Made by a program: the position numbers and the translations under genes. From assembly GCF_000025945.1 (NCBI RefSeq), contig NC_006138.1, positions 3,000,001-3,032,000 of the forward strand: a stretch of DNA of 32,000 bases, written 5' to 3'. The notes below the pieces were generated by a model. It was not told where the DNA came from. It worked only from the letters and a program-made list of their open reading frames with translations, and searched no databases. Below, piece after piece: positions 15,954 through 25,010 of the stretch; the first letter of the stretch is position 1, and each line of letters begins with the position of its first letter. The DNA is from Desulfotalea psychrophila LSv54 (GTDB lineage Bacteria; Desulfobacterota; Desulfobulbia; Desulfobulbales; Desulfocapsaceae).

Positions 15954-15968
15954 TGGTATAAAAGTTGC
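15954..15968 (+). promoter_or_regulatory. sigma-54-type promoter candidate upstream of the TPR gene
   Basis: TGGTATAAAAGTTGC has GG at 15955-15956 and GC at 15967-15968. This is the exact 12-nt GG-to-GC register of the consensus TGGCACG-N4-TTGC. It lies 29 nt upstream of the ATG at 15997. Confidence 0.45.
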
Positions 15969-15996
15969 TTTACCTTAGCTAAATTCAAGGACCTCT

Positions 15997-18411
15997 ATGA
16001 AAAAAACAACAATTACGACCACTTTCTTATTAATTTTTCTCAGTGCAGTCAACTCTTTTTCGGCATTATTGCAGGAAATCAATAGGGTCGAACAGGCACA
16101 AACGATAAAATTATATCTTTCCTTCGACAAACTCCCTGCTTACAGCCTGGACCAAACGGGACGAAGAATAGACCTCATTTTAGAAGATACCATCCTAGGC
16201 CCCAGGGCAAAATTACCCCACCCGGGCGAGAATGTCATACGATATGCCCCCATAAAAAGCAATAACAACCTTACACTGTCTCTGGGACTCCGCTATCTAC
16301 CTGAAAAGCAGGCCATAATGGTGGCATCTGGCAAACAGCTGATTCTCGAAATTACCACGGGAAGCCTTTACACCAAATCATTCAAAGAACTCTCTCGGCA
16401 ACTCGACGGTCTCAGCCAGGGAAAGGGCAATAATCTCAACTACCTTACCCCTCTTTCCACTTCTCCATACAGATACAACTGGAAATCTTTTTTTTCTGAA
16501 TATCAACCGGAAATAAAAATCAAGCTTCCCGTATCAATCAGTTGGCCCCCATTTCCCATGGTCCAATTTCTGCCACCGATGTTTGCTGAAAACAGTGCCC
16601 TTCTCCCAAAAAACCTGCTCAATGACGGAAAAAACAATAAATGGCCGGGATTGTTACTCGCCCTGCCAGGACTTATAGAAAAAAGCACAAATCCACTGGA
16701 GCAGAGAAAACTTGCCCTAATATACGGAGAGGTACTCGCCAGAGCAGGACGATATGAGGAGAGCTACAGACAATTTTACCTGATACAGAAGAGCTATCCG
16801 AAAACATTCCTAGCGACCCTGGCCCACTACCTGCTACTCCATGTCCAGGCAGACAATGTCGATAAATTTTTAGCAGATTTTGAAATAGAACAGGTTGCAA
16901 ACCGTATCCCCAAAAGCAACCCTCTCTTTCCCTATATCTTTATCAATCAAATAGAACTGGCCCTTGGAGCCGACGATCTTGCCAAAATGAACACCCTACT
17001 ACTGCAGGACAATATTGGCCTGCCAGCAGATCTCGAAAACGCCAAGGCCGTAAGACAGGCAGATTACTGGCACGCCATCAACCAACCAATAAAGGCTGCA
17101 GCTGCCTACAATATAGCTTCTTGGGAAAAGGTACTCACAAAACAACCCTACTCGAGAAATGGCTTCTGCGATACACTCTTTACCCAAAAAAAATATAGTA
17201 AAGGCGCAAACTGTTACGGAAAACTTGCCAGCTATAGCAACTTAAAAGATTCACTCAGCATGGTTCTCTATCGCAGGGCAAGTTGCCAGGAAAAAGCCGG
17301 GAGACTCAAAAATCAAACGGCACGCCTGGCCTTTGAGCAGGTGGCCGAGGCCTTCCCAAATCAGGAAGGAGGCATCCGAGCCAGATTAAGATCCTACGAT
17401 CTTGCCATCACTGCCGCGAAATCCCCCGAAACAATGGGCAAGATAGCAGGTCAGTATCTTGAAATTGCGGAAAAAGAACCGCAAAGAGATGTCAGCGAAG
17501 AGGCCTATTTCAAGGGCGCCCTTGCCTTCTACCTTGCAGGAGAAAACAGCGCCTGTCTCAAGACACTCAAGAAAATGCACTCCTCCCTTCAATTTGGCCG
17601 ACTCCACGAAACAGGTCAGGCCCTATTGCTTGAGGCCATCCCCAAAGAGGTTCAACGCCTTGCCAGCGAAAAAAAATACAAACAGATCATCATCATCCTT
17701 GAACAGAACAAAGAAAGTTTCGCCAATGGCTGGATCGACGACCAGGTAACCAAAGAACTGGCCAAGGCATACTACGCCCTGGGGCTCTATCAAAAGGCAC
17801 ATCAAGTATTCCTTTATCTGCTGACAAATGGTCCTTCTCACAATGAAACCATTTACCTCCCCCTTATCCACTCAGCATACTATGCAGGAGCATATATTCG
17901 GGTAACAGACTACTGCCGGCGCTATCAAATTTTCTACCCCGAGGGCAAGGACTACAGAGAAATACGCCTCTACATGTGCAAGGCCCTACTTGCCCTTGGT
18001 CGGAATGTGGCTGCTTTGCAGAACCTCCCCGACCCACTTCCTCAAAGTGCCGCAGCGCAAAAAATCGCCACCAAGGTATTTTTTTATAATGGTCTCTACC
18101 AAAAAGTGCTTGATCTTGCAAAAAAAAGAACTAACAATTTCCCGGAAAGCCTCTTCTTTCAAGCAGAAAGCCTCTGGCAACTGGGAAACAGATCCACGGC
18201 CTACTCCCTCTTTCAGCAAATAGAAAAGACAAGCATGTATAACGGACAAAGCCTCTATCGACAGGCAGAATTTCTCCTGCAAAACAACCAAGAGAACAGG
18301 GCAAGAAGAGTACTCCAACAACTTACTGAAGATGCCAGCGAAACAAGTTGGGCAAAACTGGCCCAACAGGAGCTGGTCTTACTTAATATCTCAGAGATGG
18401 GCAAAGAATAG
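15997..18411 (+). CDS. secreted TPR-repeat protein with an N-terminal AMIN-like/beta-sandwich-like segment; function unknown, possibly flagellum-associated
   Basis: 804 aa. Signal peptide MKKTTITTTFLLIFLSAVNSFSA. The N-terminal IKLYLSFDKLPAYSLDQTGRRIDLILEDT resembles the AMIN-type beta-strand pattern. The remainder has many TPR-like helical pairs (LALIYGEVLARAGRYEESYRQFYLIQKSYP, ELAKAYYALGLYQKAHQVFLYLL, LYRQAEFLLQNNQENRARRVLQQL). It lies immediately upstream of flgB on the same strand. Confidence 0.8.
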   Translation: MKKTTITTTFLLIFLSAVNSFSALLQEINRVEQAQTIKLYLSFDKLPAYSLDQTGRRIDLILEDTILGPRAKLPHPGENVIRYAPIKSNNNLTLSLGLRYLPEKQAIMVASGKQLILEITTGSLYTKSFKELSRQLDGLSQGKGNNLNYLTPLSTSPYRYNWKSFFSEYQPEIKIKLPVSISWPPFPMVQFLPPMFAENSALLPKNLLNDGKNNKWPGLLLALPGLIEKSTNPLEQRKLALIYGEVLARAGRYEESYRQFYLIQKSYPKTFLATLAHYLLLHVQADNVDKFLADFEIEQVANRIPKSNPLFPYIFINQIELALGADDLAKMNTLLLQDNIGLPADLENAKAVRQADYWHAINQPIKAAAAYNIASWEKVLTKQPYSRNGFCDTLFTQKKYSKGANCYGKLASYSNLKDSLSMVLYRRASCQEKAGRLKNQTARLAFEQVAEAFPNQEGGIRARLRSYDLAITAAKSPETMGKIAGQYLEIAEKEPQRDVSEEAYFKGALAFYLAGENSACLKTLKKMHSSLQFGRLHETGQALLLEAIPKEVQRLASEKKYKQIIIILEQNKESFANGWIDDQVTKELAKAYYALGLYQKAHQVFLYLLTNGPSHNETIYLPLIHSAYYAGAYIRVTDYCRRYQIFYPEGKDYREIRLYMCKALLALGRNVAALQNLPDPLPQSAAAQKIATKVFFYNGLYQKVLDLAKKRTNNFPESLFFQAESLWQLGNRSTAYSLFQQIEKTSMYNGQSLYRQAEFLLQNNQENRARRVLQQLTEDASETSWAKLAQQELVLLNISEMGKE

Positions 18412-18425
18412 GCACGGTTAATGCA
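18410..18425 (+). promoter_or_regulatory. sigma-54 promoter of the flgB operon
   Basis: AGGCACGGTTAATGCA compared with the consensus TGGCACG-N4-TTGCA. GG is at 18411-18412 and GC at 18423-18424. It overlaps the TAG stop (18409-18411) of the TPR gene and lies 47 nt upstream of the flgB GTG. Confidence 0.65.
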
Positions 18426-18471
18426 AACAACTTTTAAGTAACTTTAATATAGTTAAGGAAAAGGAAAAATC

Positions 18472-18885
18472 GTGAAACTTTTAGAACCCTTTGATAATCA
18501 AATTCGTTTACTTGGCAAAGTACTTGACCTCCGCGCGAGCAAACAAGAGGTGATCAGTAGCAATATAGCCAACGCAGAGACACCCGGATACGCAGCCAGG
18601 CGTTTTAACTTTGAAGAAGACCTGCAAAAGGCCCTCTCGCTCAATTCGACCGAGCTTACCACCTCAAACCCACGACACATACCTCTTGGAGCGAGTACCT
18701 TCAGCGACCTTGAAGGGACCACAACTATTGTCCCCGACAAGCACGGCATAGGAGACAGCAACAGCGTAAGCATGCGAGATGAAATGCTTGCCCTCTCAGA
18801 AAACCAGTTGCTTTACGAAACCTCTGCTCAACTGCTCAAAAAAAAGCTGGGAATGGTCAAGTATGCAATTTCAGGTGGTCAATAA
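18472..18885 (+). CDS. flgB: flagellar basal-body rod protein FlgB
   Basis: 137 aa with a GTG start after AAGGAAAAGGAAAAA. N-terminal rod motif SSNIANAETPGY and C-terminal LLYETSAQLLKKKL. Confidence 0.9.
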   Translation: MKLLEPFDNQIRLLGKVLDLRASKQEVISSNIANAETPGYAARRFNFEEDLQKALSLNSTELTTSNPRHIPLGASTFSDLEGTTTIVPDKHGIGDSNSVSMRDEMLALSENQLLYETSAQLLKKKLGMVKYAISGGQ

Positions 18886-18916
18886 GCCCTTCGCCAACCT
18901 CTACTAACGGATAGCC

Positions 18917-19348
18917 ATGGACATTCTCAATAGTTTTAAGATCAGCAGTTCGGCACTCAAAGCTCAATCTATCAGACTCGACACAATCAGCTCCAATATA
19001 GCCAATGCTGAGACAACCTCTACCCCGGAGGGTGGGCCGTACAAAAAAAAATCTGTCTACTTCCAGGCAAAACCATTGACCTTTGCCGAGCAGCTCAACG
19101 GTAGTCTTAACGCCAAGACAACTGGCGTTGAAGTAATTAACATAATTGAAGATAAATCTGAGCCACGCAAGGTATATGATCCAAGCCATCCCGATGCAGG
19201 AAAAGACGGCTATGTTGATATGCCCAATGTCGACACCCTCAAAGAGATGGTTGATATGATGTCTGCCACTCGTTCATATCAGGCAAATGTGACCGCCATC
19301 CAATCAGCCAAGAGAATGGCTCTTAAAGCGCTTGAAATAGGAAGATAA
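18917..19348 (+). CDS. flgC: flagellar basal-body rod protein FlgC
   Basis: 143 aa. ISSNIANAETT near the N-terminus and C-terminal ATRSYQANVTAIQSAKRMALKALEI. Confidence 0.9.
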   Translation: MDILNSFKISSSALKAQSIRLDTISSNIANAETTSTPEGGPYKKKSVYFQAKPLTFAEQLNGSLNAKTTGVEVINIIEDKSEPRKVYDPSHPDAGKDGYVDMPNVDTLKEMVDMMSATRSYQANVTAIQSAKRMALKALEIGR

Positions 19349-19349
19349 A

Positions 19350-19646
19350 ATGATACCAGAAATACGGGCCCAACAGGTCGCCTTAGCTGCCACAGACTCC
19401 ATGCCCCAAAACATTAGCAAGGCAGGAAGAACCTTTGCTGAGGTCATTGCAGAGACTGTAAACCAGGCAAACAAGGCCCAGGATGTAGGCGATAAATCCA
19501 TTCAGGCCTTAGAATCAGGCAAAGCCCAAAACCTCCACGAGGTAATGATCTCCATGGAAGAGGCAGATATTTCTCTACGCATGTTGGTACAGGTGCGAAA
19601 CAAGGCCCTTTCAGCCTATGACGAAATCATGAGAATGCAAGTTTAG
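19350..19646 (+). CDS. fliE: flagellar hook-basal body complex protein FliE
   Basis: 98 aa. The C-terminal LHEVMISMEEADISLRMLVQVRNKALSAYDEIMRMQV is typical of FliE. It starts 1 nt after the flgC stop. Confidence 0.85.
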   Translation: MIPEIRAQQVALAATDSMPQNISKAGRTFAEVIAETVNQANKAQDVGDKSIQALESGKAQNLHEVMISMEEADISLRMLVQVRNKALSAYDEIMRMQV

Positions 19647-19715
19647 GACGATTAAGCAAAGACAAAGAGTCAGGTTCGCAGGACGATGAGACAATCTTAA
19701 AACGGCATAAAAAAA

Positions 19716-21353
19716 ATGGCAGATCAACAGACAGGACAATCAGCAGAGAGCAGCGAAGCACCAGTCAGGGAAGGGGAGGGAATGAAAACTCCTGCAAAAA
19801 AAAACTTTTTCACCCTTCTCCGGGACTGGCCTCTTTCGCGACAGCTCTCCCTTGGAGCAGTACTGATACTCTGCCTGGCCGCCTTTGCAACAATTATCAT
19901 CCAAACCAGAACCGTCGACCAGCAGTTACTTTACGCCAACCTTTCGGCAACAGATGCCGCTGCCGTAACAGAATGGCTCAAGGGACAAAAGATACCCTAC
20001 AGCCTGAAAGACAGCGGCAAGAGTGTCTGGATTGGTAGCAACAAGATATATCAGGCCCGTCTTGATCTGGCGGCCAATGGCCTGCCAAGTGGTGGAGGCG
20101 TTGGCTTTGAGGTTTTTGATAAGCAGAACTTTGCTCTGACAAATTATGTGCAAAAAATAAATTATAGCAGGGCCCTACAGGGAGAACTTGCCCGCACCAT
20201 CAGTTCCCTTGCCCCGATTGAATCAACCCGGGTCCACCTTGCTATTCCAGAAAAAAGACTCTTTAAAAACCAACAGAAACAGGCCACCGCCTCTGTTATT
20301 CTCTCTTTAGTGCCAGGAAAAACACTCAGCCAAGAACAGGTAGAGGGTATTGCCTACCTGGTGGCCGGCTCAGTACCGGGACTTGAAACAGACAATGTCA
20401 AGGTTCTTGACTCCAGTGGAGTTATTCTGGGAGACAGAGAACAGAACGGTGGAGATCGAGCACTCTCCAGCGATATGCTCGCCTTTCAAAAAGAAATTGA
20501 GACTCAAATGGAAATGCGCGCCCAGGATCTGTTAACCAGAACCATGGGGGCAGATCATGCCCTGGTACGAGTTACGGCAACGGTAGATTTTGCCAAGGTT
20601 GAAAAGACAGAAGAATTTTTTGATGCAGACGATCCTGTCATCCGCAGTGAACAGATTAATAACGAATCTAGCAGAGGCGCTGAGGCGGGAGGCATTCCGG
20701 GAGTTGAATCTAACCTGCAGGGAACACAAAAAAAATCCGGCACCGGCCCCAGCGCCGTAAAAAACGGCAGAACAACAAATTATGAAATCAGCAAAACGAT
20801 TTCTCACATTGTTAATCCCGTCGGTACCGTAAAAAAACTCTCTGTTTCTGTATTAGTCGCAGACCGTCAAAAACTTGACCCTGACACCCAAGAACCAAGC
20901 TACACGCCTTTTAGCACGACTGAGCTCAAGGCCTTAGAAAATATGGTTGCCAGTGCCATTGGCCTTGTAGCCACCAGAGGTGATGTTATCAATGTAATCT
21001 CCATGCCTTTTTTCCAAGATCCACAGGAGTTTGAAACTGACCAAGACGATACCATGGAGCTGGTCCGGAACAGCATGCCCCTTGTCAAATATCTCCTCGC
21101 CCTATTGGCCATCTTCTTTCTCTATTTCCTCCTTGTCCGCCCCATCCTCAAAACGGTAAAGGGAGAGGTTCTACAGCACAATAAAACAGTGGATGAGATG
21201 GAGAAGGAACAACAGCGACGCAACCAAGAGAAGAAAGAGGAGAGCACACCCCTGCCCCCCTTGGATATTGCCCTGGCTAACATTAGACAAGAGGTGATGC
21301 AGGAACACACTCCTACCGCCTTTATCGTTAAAAACTGGATTCACGAAGGATAA
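19716..21353 (+). CDS. fliF: flagellar MS-ring protein FliF
   Basis: 545 aa. It has an N-terminal TM segment, the motifs YANLSATDAAAVTEWLKGQKIPY and YSRALQGELARTI, and a second TM segment near the C-terminus (LVKYLLALLAIFFLYFLLV). Confidence 0.9.
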   Translation: MADQQTGQSAESSEAPVREGEGMKTPAKKNFFTLLRDWPLSRQLSLGAVLILCLAAFATIIIQTRTVDQQLLYANLSATDAAAVTEWLKGQKIPYSLKDSGKSVWIGSNKIYQARLDLAANGLPSGGGVGFEVFDKQNFALTNYVQKINYSRALQGELARTISSLAPIESTRVHLAIPEKRLFKNQQKQATASVILSLVPGKTLSQEQVEGIAYLVAGSVPGLETDNVKVLDSSGVILGDREQNGGDRALSSDMLAFQKEIETQMEMRAQDLLTRTMGADHALVRVTATVDFAKVEKTEEFFDADDPVIRSEQINNESSRGAEAGGIPGVESNLQGTQKKSGTGPSAVKNGRTTNYEISKTISHIVNPVGTVKKLSVSVLVADRQKLDPDTQEPSYTPFSTTELKALENMVASAIGLVATRGDVINVISMPFFQDPQEFETDQDDTMELVRNSMPLVKYLLALLAIFFLYFLLVRPILKTVKGEVLQHNKTVDEMEKEQQRRNQEKKEESTPLPPLDIALANIRQEVMQEHTPTAFIVKNWIHEG

Positions 21354-21356
21354 GAA

Positions 21357-22361
21357 ATGTCAGCAAGTAGCTTAACAGGTATCGAACGTGTCGCCATACT
21401 TCTGCTTTGCCTTGGCGAAGAACCCACTGCCCAAATTTTCAGTGCCTTGAGCGATGAGGAGATCCATCTTGTCACCCAGGCGATGGGGAATATAGAGCAT
21501 ATACCTCAGCGTCAAAAAGAGGAGGTGCTCCAACGCTTCCACAAAGACCATGAGGAAAATACAGGTCTATTCGTTAAGGGCAGAGAGTTTGTCCAAAATG
21601 CCCTGGCGGCAACACCGGGCAAGGAACGCTCAAGTCAACTTCTTGACCAGTTCATCGCCAACATGGAAACACGATCCCTGGAAACCATTGCCAAAATGAA
21701 TCCACAAATGGTGGCCGGCATCCTTGAACAGGAACATCCACAAACAGTGGCCCTTGTTCTCTCCACCCAAACAATAATTCACTCCAGCGAGATCCTCGCC
21801 TCTCTCTCGGAGGAGATGCGAACGGATGTCGTCTACAGAATAGCCAAACTTGAAAAGGTCTCCCCGGAAGTCATTAACCGTATTGAAGATGCCCTACACC
21901 GGGAAATTGGTCTTGTCTCCAGTAAAGAACAAAAACAGGTTGGCGGAATTGATGCCGTTGTCTCCCTACTCCATAGCATGAAAAACAACCTTGATGCAGA
22001 TATACTTGAAAGCATTGAAGAAACCGACCCTGTTATGGCAGAAGAGATCCGTAAACGTATGTTCACCTTTGAGGACATGATGGGACTTGACAGCCGCGCC
22101 CTCCAGGCAATTCTTCGTGAAATCAACAACGACTCTCTCACCCTGGCACTGAAGACATCCTCTGAGCCAATGCGAGAAAAAATATTTGCCAATATGTCAG
22201 AGCGAGCTGCTGACATGATCAAAGATGATCTCGAAGCCATGGGCCCTGTCCGCCTCTCTGAAGTCGAGGCCATGCAACAGACCATTGTTAAAATAGCAAT
22301 TAAGCTTGAAGAAGAGGGAAAAATAATCCTCGGTGGTGGAGGTAGCGATGAGCTTGTCTAG
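21357..22361 (+). CDS. fliG: flagellar motor switch protein FliG
   Basis: 334 aa. LTGIERVAILLLCLGEE, the MFTFEDM motif and the C-terminal torque helix region LSEVEAMQQTIVKIAIKLEEEGKI. Confidence 0.92.
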   Translation: MSASSLTGIERVAILLLCLGEEPTAQIFSALSDEEIHLVTQAMGNIEHIPQRQKEEVLQRFHKDHEENTGLFVKGREFVQNALAATPGKERSSQLLDQFIANMETRSLETIAKMNPQMVAGILEQEHPQTVALVLSTQTIIHSSEILASLSEEMRTDVVYRIAKLEKVSPEVINRIEDALHREIGLVSSKEQKQVGGIDAVVSLLHSMKNNLDADILESIEETDPVMAEEIRKRMFTFEDMMGLDSRALQAILREINNDSLTLALKTSSEPMREKIFANMSERAADMIKDDLEAMGPVRLSEVEAMQQTIVKIAIKLEEEGKIILGGGGSDELV

Positions 22362-23205
22362 AATCTTTAAGGATTCAGCAAATTTTGAACCGGAAAACCT
22401 TACCGCCTGCCCTGTTGCCACGGGATGGCAGGCAGAGCAGACCAGCCCACAGAAAAAAAAGATCTTTCATGCAAGTAAAAAAGAACATCTGGAGAGCATT
22501 CAGCCAGGGCAAACAAGAGCAAGAGAGCCTCTGGCAAAAACCGCACCCGCAGAAAAAGAGGCCCTCCCGGCCCCAGCAAAACAGTCTGCCAAGCATCTTC
22601 AGCCAAAGATTTCAAAAACAATAGCACCGCCATCCCCCATCCCAGACAATTACGTCGATCGAGATGAGGCTGCAAGAGAGAAAGAGCGAGCCTTTCAAGA
22701 TGGCAAGAGTAGCGGCCTTGAAGAGGGAAGAGAAGAGGGACGTATCGAAGGTATCAAAGAGGGAAAAAGGCTTCTTAAGGACGAATTCTCTCTGGCTACC
22801 AAGGCACTGCTTACGAGCTGTCAACAACTTGACTCCAGTAAAGCCAACCTCGTTGTTAACAGTAGCGCGGCCCTGAAAGACTTTGCCATAGCAATTGCGG
22901 AACAGATCATTCGTTATTCAGTAAAAGAACACGACATAACGATTATCGCCACCATAGAAGAGGCCCTGCAACGAGCAATTAAGTCTCAGGATTTCTATAT
23001 TTATCTCCATCCAGACGACTATCAGATTGTTAAGGAAAAGGCTGAAGATCTCATTTCTAACGTCAGTGGCCTTGATCATGTCTTCCTGAAAAAAGATGTG
23101 AAAATTGAAAGGGGAGGAGCATATATGGAATCCGACAACTGTATTGTCGATGCCACCATTGCCAGTCAATTTGAAGTTATCCTTAAAGAACTTGAACAAT
23201 CCTAA
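22348..23205 (+). CDS. fliH: flagellar export apparatus protein FliH
   Basis: The ATG at 22348 has GGAGG (22337-22341) upstream and overlaps the fliG stop by 14 nt; the track's GTG at 22333 is less likely. The N-terminus is low-complexity, there is a central charged coiled coil, and the C-terminal FliH/YscL-like domain contains IYLHPDDYQIV...IERGGAYMESDNCIVDATI. Confidence 0.8.
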   Translation: MSLSRIFKDSANFEPENLTACPVATGWQAEQTSPQKKKIFHASKKEHLESIQPGQTRAREPLAKTAPAEKEALPAPAKQSAKHLQPKISKTIAPPSPIPDNYVDRDEAAREKERAFQDGKSSGLEEGREEGRIEGIKEGKRLLKDEFSLATKALLTSCQQLDSSKANLVVNSSAALKDFAIAIAEQIIRYSVKEHDITIIATIEEALQRAIKSQDFYIYLHPDDYQIVKEKAEDLISNVSGLDHVFLKKDVKIERGGAYMESDNCIVDATIASQFEVILKELEQS

Positions 23206-23223
23206 CCTTTTTAAGCCAATCAT

Positions 23224-24528
23224 ATGCCCTTTAACACTCAGCACCTAAAAGATCTCAATACCATAAAAGTATGGGGTAAGGTTACAAAAATTGTTGGCCT
23301 AGTCGTGGAAGGCCACTGTCCCCATGCATCCATAGGATCTCTCTGTGAAATTTCACCCGTTGACCATGGCAGTCCGATTTTTGGCGAAGTCGTGGGTTTT
23401 AGAGATGGCAAGGTGCTCCTTATGCCTCTGGGAGAACTCCGGGGCCTTGGCGCCGGCAGCCTTATCCGGGTGATACGACAGAGTGCCACCATGCGCGTTG
23501 GCCCCCACCTCCTCGGCCGGGTCATAGACGGGATGGAAGTTCCACAGGATACCCTCCCTCCACCTGAGCTCAGTGAAGAGGTAGAGCTCTACGCCCTCCC
23601 CCCCAACCCAATGCTTCGTGATAATATTTGCCAACCCATCGATCTCGGGGTTCGGGCAATTAATGGCCTCCTCACCTGCGGACTTGGGCAACGAATGGGT
23701 ATTATGGCGGGTTCCGGAGTCGGCAAGAGTGTACTTTTAGGAATGATGGCCAAATACGCCCAGGCCGACATCAACGTTATCGCCCTTATTGGCGAGCGTG
23801 GTCGTGAGGTACGTGAGTTCATCGAAAGAGACCTGGGACCTGAGGGGCTTGCAAGATCGGTCATCGTGGTCGTTACCTCCGATCAATCGCCGCTTCTACG
23901 AATGCGTGGGGCCTTTGTGGCAACGGCCATTGCCGAGTTCTTTTGCAAACAGGGCAAAAATGTCCTGCTGATGATGGATTCAGTCACCAGATTTGCCATG
24001 GCCATGCGGGAAATAGGCCTTGCCATCGGTGAACCACCCACCACCAAAGGATATACACCCTCTGTCTTTGCCACCCTGCCTAAGCTCCTTGAACGGGCCG
24101 GGCGTTTTAAGGGACAGGGTTCTATCACCGGCATCTATACAGTTTTAGTTGACGGTGACGATATGACAGAACCCGTAGCGGACTCTGTCCGCTCCATTCT
24201 TGATGGCCATATTGTCCTATCACGGGCAATAGCTGCTAAAAACCATTTCCCCGCCATCGATATTCTAGCCTCTGCCAGTCGGGTTATGCGCGACATTGTT
24301 TCCCCGGAGCATATAGAGCTGGCCGGAAAATTAAGAACGGTACTCGCTGACTACCGCGAGGCTGAAGATCTCATTAATATTGGTGCCTATGTCAAAGGAA
24401 CAAACAAAAATATTGATCTTGCCATTGAAAAAATAGAGCAGGCAAAACTCTTCTTGAAGCAGGGGTATAACCAGACAACTGACATGACTGAAACCCTTGA
24501 GCAACTGGAGTCTCTTTTCGCTCTCTAA
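23224..24528 (+). CDS. fliI: flagellum-specific ATPase FliI
   Basis: 434 aa. Walker A GSGVGKS and Walker B VLLMMDSVTRFA. The F1/T3SS ATPase pattern is present throughout. Confidence 0.95.
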   Translation: MPFNTQHLKDLNTIKVWGKVTKIVGLVVEGHCPHASIGSLCEISPVDHGSPIFGEVVGFRDGKVLLMPLGELRGLGAGSLIRVIRQSATMRVGPHLLGRVIDGMEVPQDTLPPPELSEEVELYALPPNPMLRDNICQPIDLGVRAINGLLTCGLGQRMGIMAGSGVGKSVLLGMMAKYAQADINVIALIGERGREVREFIERDLGPEGLARSVIVVVTSDQSPLLRMRGAFVATAIAEFFCKQGKNVLLMMDSVTRFAMAMREIGLAIGEPPTTKGYTPSVFATLPKLLERAGRFKGQGSITGIYTVLVDGDDMTEPVADSVRSILDGHIVLSRAIAAKNHFPAIDILASASRVMRDIVSPEHIELAGKLRTVLADYREAEDLINIGAYVKGTNKNIDLAIEKIEQAKLFLKQGYNQTTDMTETLEQLESLFAL

Positions 24529-24548
24529 AAACAGACAGGTGAACAGAA

Positions 24549-24998
24549 ATGGACCCAACAAAACCCTTCTCCCTTGAAACAGTTCTCAGCCATAGAAAAA
24601 GACGAAAAGATGCAACGGTTACCCGACTAACAACTGCTGAAAAAAATCGAACCATTATTGCAGAAAAACTCGCAGAAAAAGAGGAAGGCTACAGAAATTT
24701 TCTGCAGGAGATAGAAAATATACAGCTCCAGGGGGTTAACATAGAAAGACTGATCATGTATGAAGGCCGGGCAGACTATATCAAACACGAAATAGCAGAA
24801 ATAAAAAAGACACTGCTTAATAAGGAAAAAATTGTTCACCAGGAGAGGAAAAACCTGAGCCACTGCGCCCGTGAACATAAGATCATGTGTCAGCTCAAAG
24901 AGAAGCAAAACCTCGCCTGGAGGCAATTTATCAACAAAAAAGAGGCCGCCGTTCTTGATGAAATTGCTATCATGCGCCACTCCCAAAAAATGTCCTAA
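24549..24998 (+). CDS. fliJ: flagellar export chaperone-escort FliJ
   Basis: 149 aa, highly charged coiled coil. The N-terminal FSLETVLSHRKRRKDATVTRL matches the FliJ pattern (F-L-x-x-V-L-x-x-R). Its position after fliI supports the call. Confidence 0.7.
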   Translation: MDPTKPFSLETVLSHRKRRKDATVTRLTTAEKNRTIIAEKLAEKEEGYRNFLQEIENIQLQGVNIERLIMYEGRADYIKHEIAEIKKTLLNKEKIVHQERKNLSHCAREHKIMCQLKEKQNLAWRQFINKKEAAVLDEIAIMRHSQKMS

Positions 24999-25010
24999 CA
25001 AAAAGCAATC

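Noticed and set aside
17068-17084. TGGCACG inside the TPR gene
   Set aside because: There is no GC dinucleotide at the -12 position (AC at 17081-17082), and it lies deep inside a coding region.
19043-19051. A9 and A8 homopolymers in flgC, fliF (19796-19804, 20728-20735), fliH (22453-22460), motB (30523-30530) and fliL (31330-31338), considered as phase-variation sites
   Set aside because: A/T runs of 8-9 nt are frequent throughout the window and mostly encode Lys runs, so they are not individually distinctive. Only the rare G/C 8-mers were kept as findings.
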